A DNA stretch of 64,000 nucleotides. It comes from Candidatus Aphodoplasma sp. Its GTDB lineage: Bacteria; Bacillota; Clostridia; UBA1381; UMGS1253. The translations under genes and the position numbers were made by a program. A model generated the notes under the pieces. That model saw only the letters and a list, made by a program, of their open reading frames with translations, did not search any database and was not told the DNA's origin. Location: assembly GCA_045541115.1 (NCBI GenBank), contig JAZQIM010000012.1:27147-91146 (forward strand), read 5' to 3'. Positions 61,431-64,000 of the stretch are shown one piece after another. Every line of letters starts with the position of its first letter. Within the stretch, counting starts at the first letter, position 1.

Positions 61431-62954
61431 ATGAAGATATACAGTGCGGTGCAGATGAAGGCGCTTGATGCGCAGACTATTGATGAATATGGTATTGACG
61501 GGATTGTCCTTATGGAAAATGCCGCCGCATCGGTAAAAGATGAAATTGTGTCTTTAGAAAGTATAAAAAGGGATTGTGCGCTTGTTGTATGTGGCCGCGG
61601 CAATAACGGTGGCGACGGATTTGCGCTTGCAAGACAGCTTTTGCCTGTATTTAATACGGTGAAGATTGCTTTTTTTGACGATGCATCATCGCTAAAGGGT
61701 GATTGCAGGAAAAATTATGATATAGCAAAAAAGCTATGCATTCCAATTATAGACAATATTGAAGAAATGAAAAGCTTTGCGTCAAAGTGCGATGTGATTG
61801 CAGATGCTTTATACGGTTTTGGCTTTAAACAAACGCTCGGTGAGCGTGACAGAGAAATTGTTGACATAATAAACACATCGAAAGCATACATCGTTTCAGT
61901 CGATGTGCCGAGCGGTGTGTGCGCCGATGAAGGTGTGTGCGGCGACACGGTTATAGCGAACAAAACAGTAACGTTTACGGGATATAAAATTGCGCAGTTG
62001 ACATTTCCTGCTGCACAAAGGTGCGGCGATGTGTGCGTAAAGGATATAGGAATTCCGCAAGTTGTAACATCAAATTATGGGATTGGAGAAACTATTGATG
62101 ATGAATTCGTAAAAGGTGCGCTGGCAAAACGCGCAAGAAATGCCCATAAAGGCAGCTGTGGCAAGGTGCTTATCGTAGGCGGCAGCAAGGGCATGAGTGG
62201 AGCTGTATGTATGAGCGCATACTCAGCGATGAGAAGCGGAGCGGGTCTTGTAACGGCTGCTTTGCCGAGCGGTATTAACGATGTTTTTGAAAAAAATGTC
62301 ACGGAGGCGATGAGTGTTTCGCTGCCGGAAGATGATAATGGGATTATAAAAAAAGATGCAGCGGACAAGATATGTGAGCTTGCAGAAGGCTGCGATACGA
62401 TTGTAATCGGACCAGGCATGGGCAGAAGTGAAGATGTGTCATACATTTTGCACCAGTGTCTTTTAAAGTGTGATAAGAAGATTATAATTGATGCGGATGC
62501 GCTTTATGCATTATCACACGATATGGAGATTTTAAACAAAACCGCAGCGCAGGTTGTTGTTACTCCACATTACGCTGAAATGGGACGTCTTATCGGAAAA
62601 AGCGCCGAATACGTAGAGCAAAACGCGATGCGCTGTGCCGGCGAGCTTGCTAAAAAGTATAATATCACAGTTGTTTTAAAGGGAGCATATACTGTTATAG
62701 CCGGAGATGAAAAGCTTTATGTAAACAATGCCGCCGGCAATCATGGTATGGCAACGGGCGGTAGCGGCGATGTGCTTGCCGGGGTGCTTTCTTCTTTGAT
62801 ATCGAAAGAAAATGATATAGAAAAAGCATGTGCCTGCGGTGTGTATATACATGCGATTGCGGGCGATTTGGCAAAAGAGAAATATGGTGCAAGAGTAATG
62901 CTTGCAGGAGATATCGCGTCTCTTTTGAGCGAAGCCTTTGGCATGGTTGATTAA
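61431..62954 (+). CDS. nnr: Bifunctional NAD(P)HX epimerase/dehydratase
   Basis: LMENA, GNNGGDG, DVPSG, HKG, GPGMG, DADAL, TPH, GGSGDVLAG. Confidence 0.95.
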   Translation: MKIYSAVQMKALDAQTIDEYGIDGIVLMENAAASVKDEIVSLESIKRDCALVVCGRGNNGGDGFALARQLLPVFNTVKIAFFDDASSLKGDCRKNYDIAKKLCIPIIDNIEEMKSFASKCDVIADALYGFGFKQTLGERDREIVDIINTSKAYIVSVDVPSGVCADEGVCGDTVIANKTVTFTGYKIAQLTFPAAQRCGDVCVKDIGIPQVVTSNYGIGETIDDEFVKGALAKRARNAHKGSCGKVLIVGGSKGMSGAVCMSAYSAMRSGAGLVTAALPSGINDVFEKNVTEAMSVSLPEDDNGIIKKDAADKICELAEGCDTIVIGPGMGRSEDVSYILHQCLLKCDKKIIIDADALYALSHDMEILNKTAAQVVVTPHYAEMGRLIGKSAEYVEQNAMRCAGELAKKYNITVVLKGAYTVIAGDEKLYVNNAAGNHGMATGGSGDVLAGVLSSLISKENDIEKACACGVYIHAIAGDLAKEKYGARVMLAGDIASLLSEAFGMVD

Positions 62955-63019
62955 GATAAATGATTTAATAAATTATGTAAATTCAGATAATAATAAATGA
63001 GAGCTAAAGAGGGAATATA

Positions 63020-64000
63020 ATGGATAGCTATACACAGCGTGCATGGGCACAGGTTAGCCTCGATGCAATCGCAAAAAACATGAAAAACATAAGAAAACAT
63101 ACAAATGAAAAAGCAAAAATTATGGCAATTGTCAAAGCTGATGCATACGGTCACGGCGTTTTTCAGGTTGCAAAAACACTTATTGAAAACGGTGCTGATT
63201 CGCTCGGTGTGGCAGTGATTGACGAGGCGATACAAATTAGGAATAGCGGAATTGATGTTCCGATTTTGATTTTAGGTAATACAAATCCTGATTTATGTGA
63301 AAGCTTAATTGATTATGATATTATGCCGTCTGTTTTTTCGTATGAAATGGCGAAGGCTATGTCTGATGCCGCATCAAAAAAGAATGTTTGCGCTAAAATA
63401 CATATTAAGCTTGACACGGGAATGAGCAGAATAGGCTTTTTGTGTGATGGAAAAAACGTAGAGAGCACAATTGATAAGATAAAGGAAATAGCGACGCTTC
63501 CGAATATAGAAATAGATGGAATATTTACTCATTTTGCGTGTGCAGATGAAGAAGATAGTAAATATACATTTATGCAATATGAAAGATTTATGCGTGTTTG
63601 CGATGCGCTCAAGCAAGAAGGCGTAAATGTCGGAAAAAAACATGTGTGCAACAGCGCAGCGCTCGTTTTATATCCGCAGATGCATCTTGATATGGTAAGA
63701 CCGGGTATAATACTTTATGGCCTTCATCCATCTGCTCTTACGGAAGGGAAAATAGAGATTGAAGATGCAATGAGCATTAAAGCAAGAGTGACGCTTGTTA
63801 AAAAGCTTGAAGAAGAAATCGGTGTAAGCTATGGGAAAGAACATGTTATAAAACAACCCACAACAGTCGCTACATTACCGATAGGATATGCCGACGGCTA
63901 TTCAAGGCTATATACAAATAAAGCAAGTGTTTTACATAACGGAAAAAAATTTCCCGTTATCGGAAGAATTTGCATGGACCAATGTATGATTGATGCAACA
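63020..64000 (+). CDS. alr: Alanine racemase, 3'-truncated by window edge (not in ORF track)
   Basis: MDSYTQRAWAQV..., IVKADAYGHG, DTGMSRIG, VSYG, IGYADG, IGRICMDQ. Confidence 0.95.
   Translation, partial: MDSYTQRAWAQVSLDAIAKNMKNIRKHTNEKAKIMAIVKADAYGHGVFQVAKTLIENGADSLGVAVIDEAIQIRNSGIDVPILILGNTNPDLCESLIDYDIMPSVFSYEMAKAMSDAASKKNVCAKIHIKLDTGMSRIGFLCDGKNVESTIDKIKEIATLPNIEIDGIFTHFACADEEDSKYTFMQYERFMRVCDALKQEGVNVGKKHVCNSAALVLYPQMHLDMVRPGIILYGLHPSALTEGKIEIEDAMSIKARVTLVKKLEEEIGVSYGKEHVIKQPTTVATLPIGYADGYSRLYTNKASVLHNGKKFPVIGRICMDQCMIDAT

Noticed and set aside
1-64000. CRISPR array, rRNA, IS transposase or prophage
   Set aside because: No regularly spaced repeats, rRNA signatures, transposase or phage structural genes were seen.

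Overview
Mostly core chromosome of a spore-forming Clostridia-class Firmicute. Housekeeping content: str operon (L7Ae-like, rpsL, rpsG, fusA, tuf), pgm, murA, nfnAB, a YtrA/ABC operon, rnr, ldh, rnhB/rnhA, prfA, tyrS-thyA-folA, iscS/iscU, smpB-ssrA and acpS-nnr-alr. Sporulation genes: spoIIAA-AB-sigF, spoIVFB, spoVAC, spoIIE and spoIIID. RNA genes: tRNA-Arg(CCT), tRNA-Leu(GAG) and tmRNA. No CRISPR array, rRNA, transposase or intact prophage was seen. The most unusual elements are: (1) a two-gene cassette right after tmRNA that looks like a toxin/immunity pair, has a LexA-type box at its transcription start, and is bracketed by 17-bp inverted repeats at the predicted 5' and 3' ends of its mRNA; (2) a hisD-hisB-HAD trio in which both His-pathway paralogs have lost canonical ligand residues; (3) an unannotated ~105-nt sigF/G-promoted sRNA candidate with twin C-rich motifs; (4) a Fem ligase overlapping a divergent second alanine racemase; (5) a DHFR fusion with an internal start; (6) an att-like scar with a heptamer palindrome at tRNA-Leu. 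Family assignments come from motif recognition by eye; no database searches were run.
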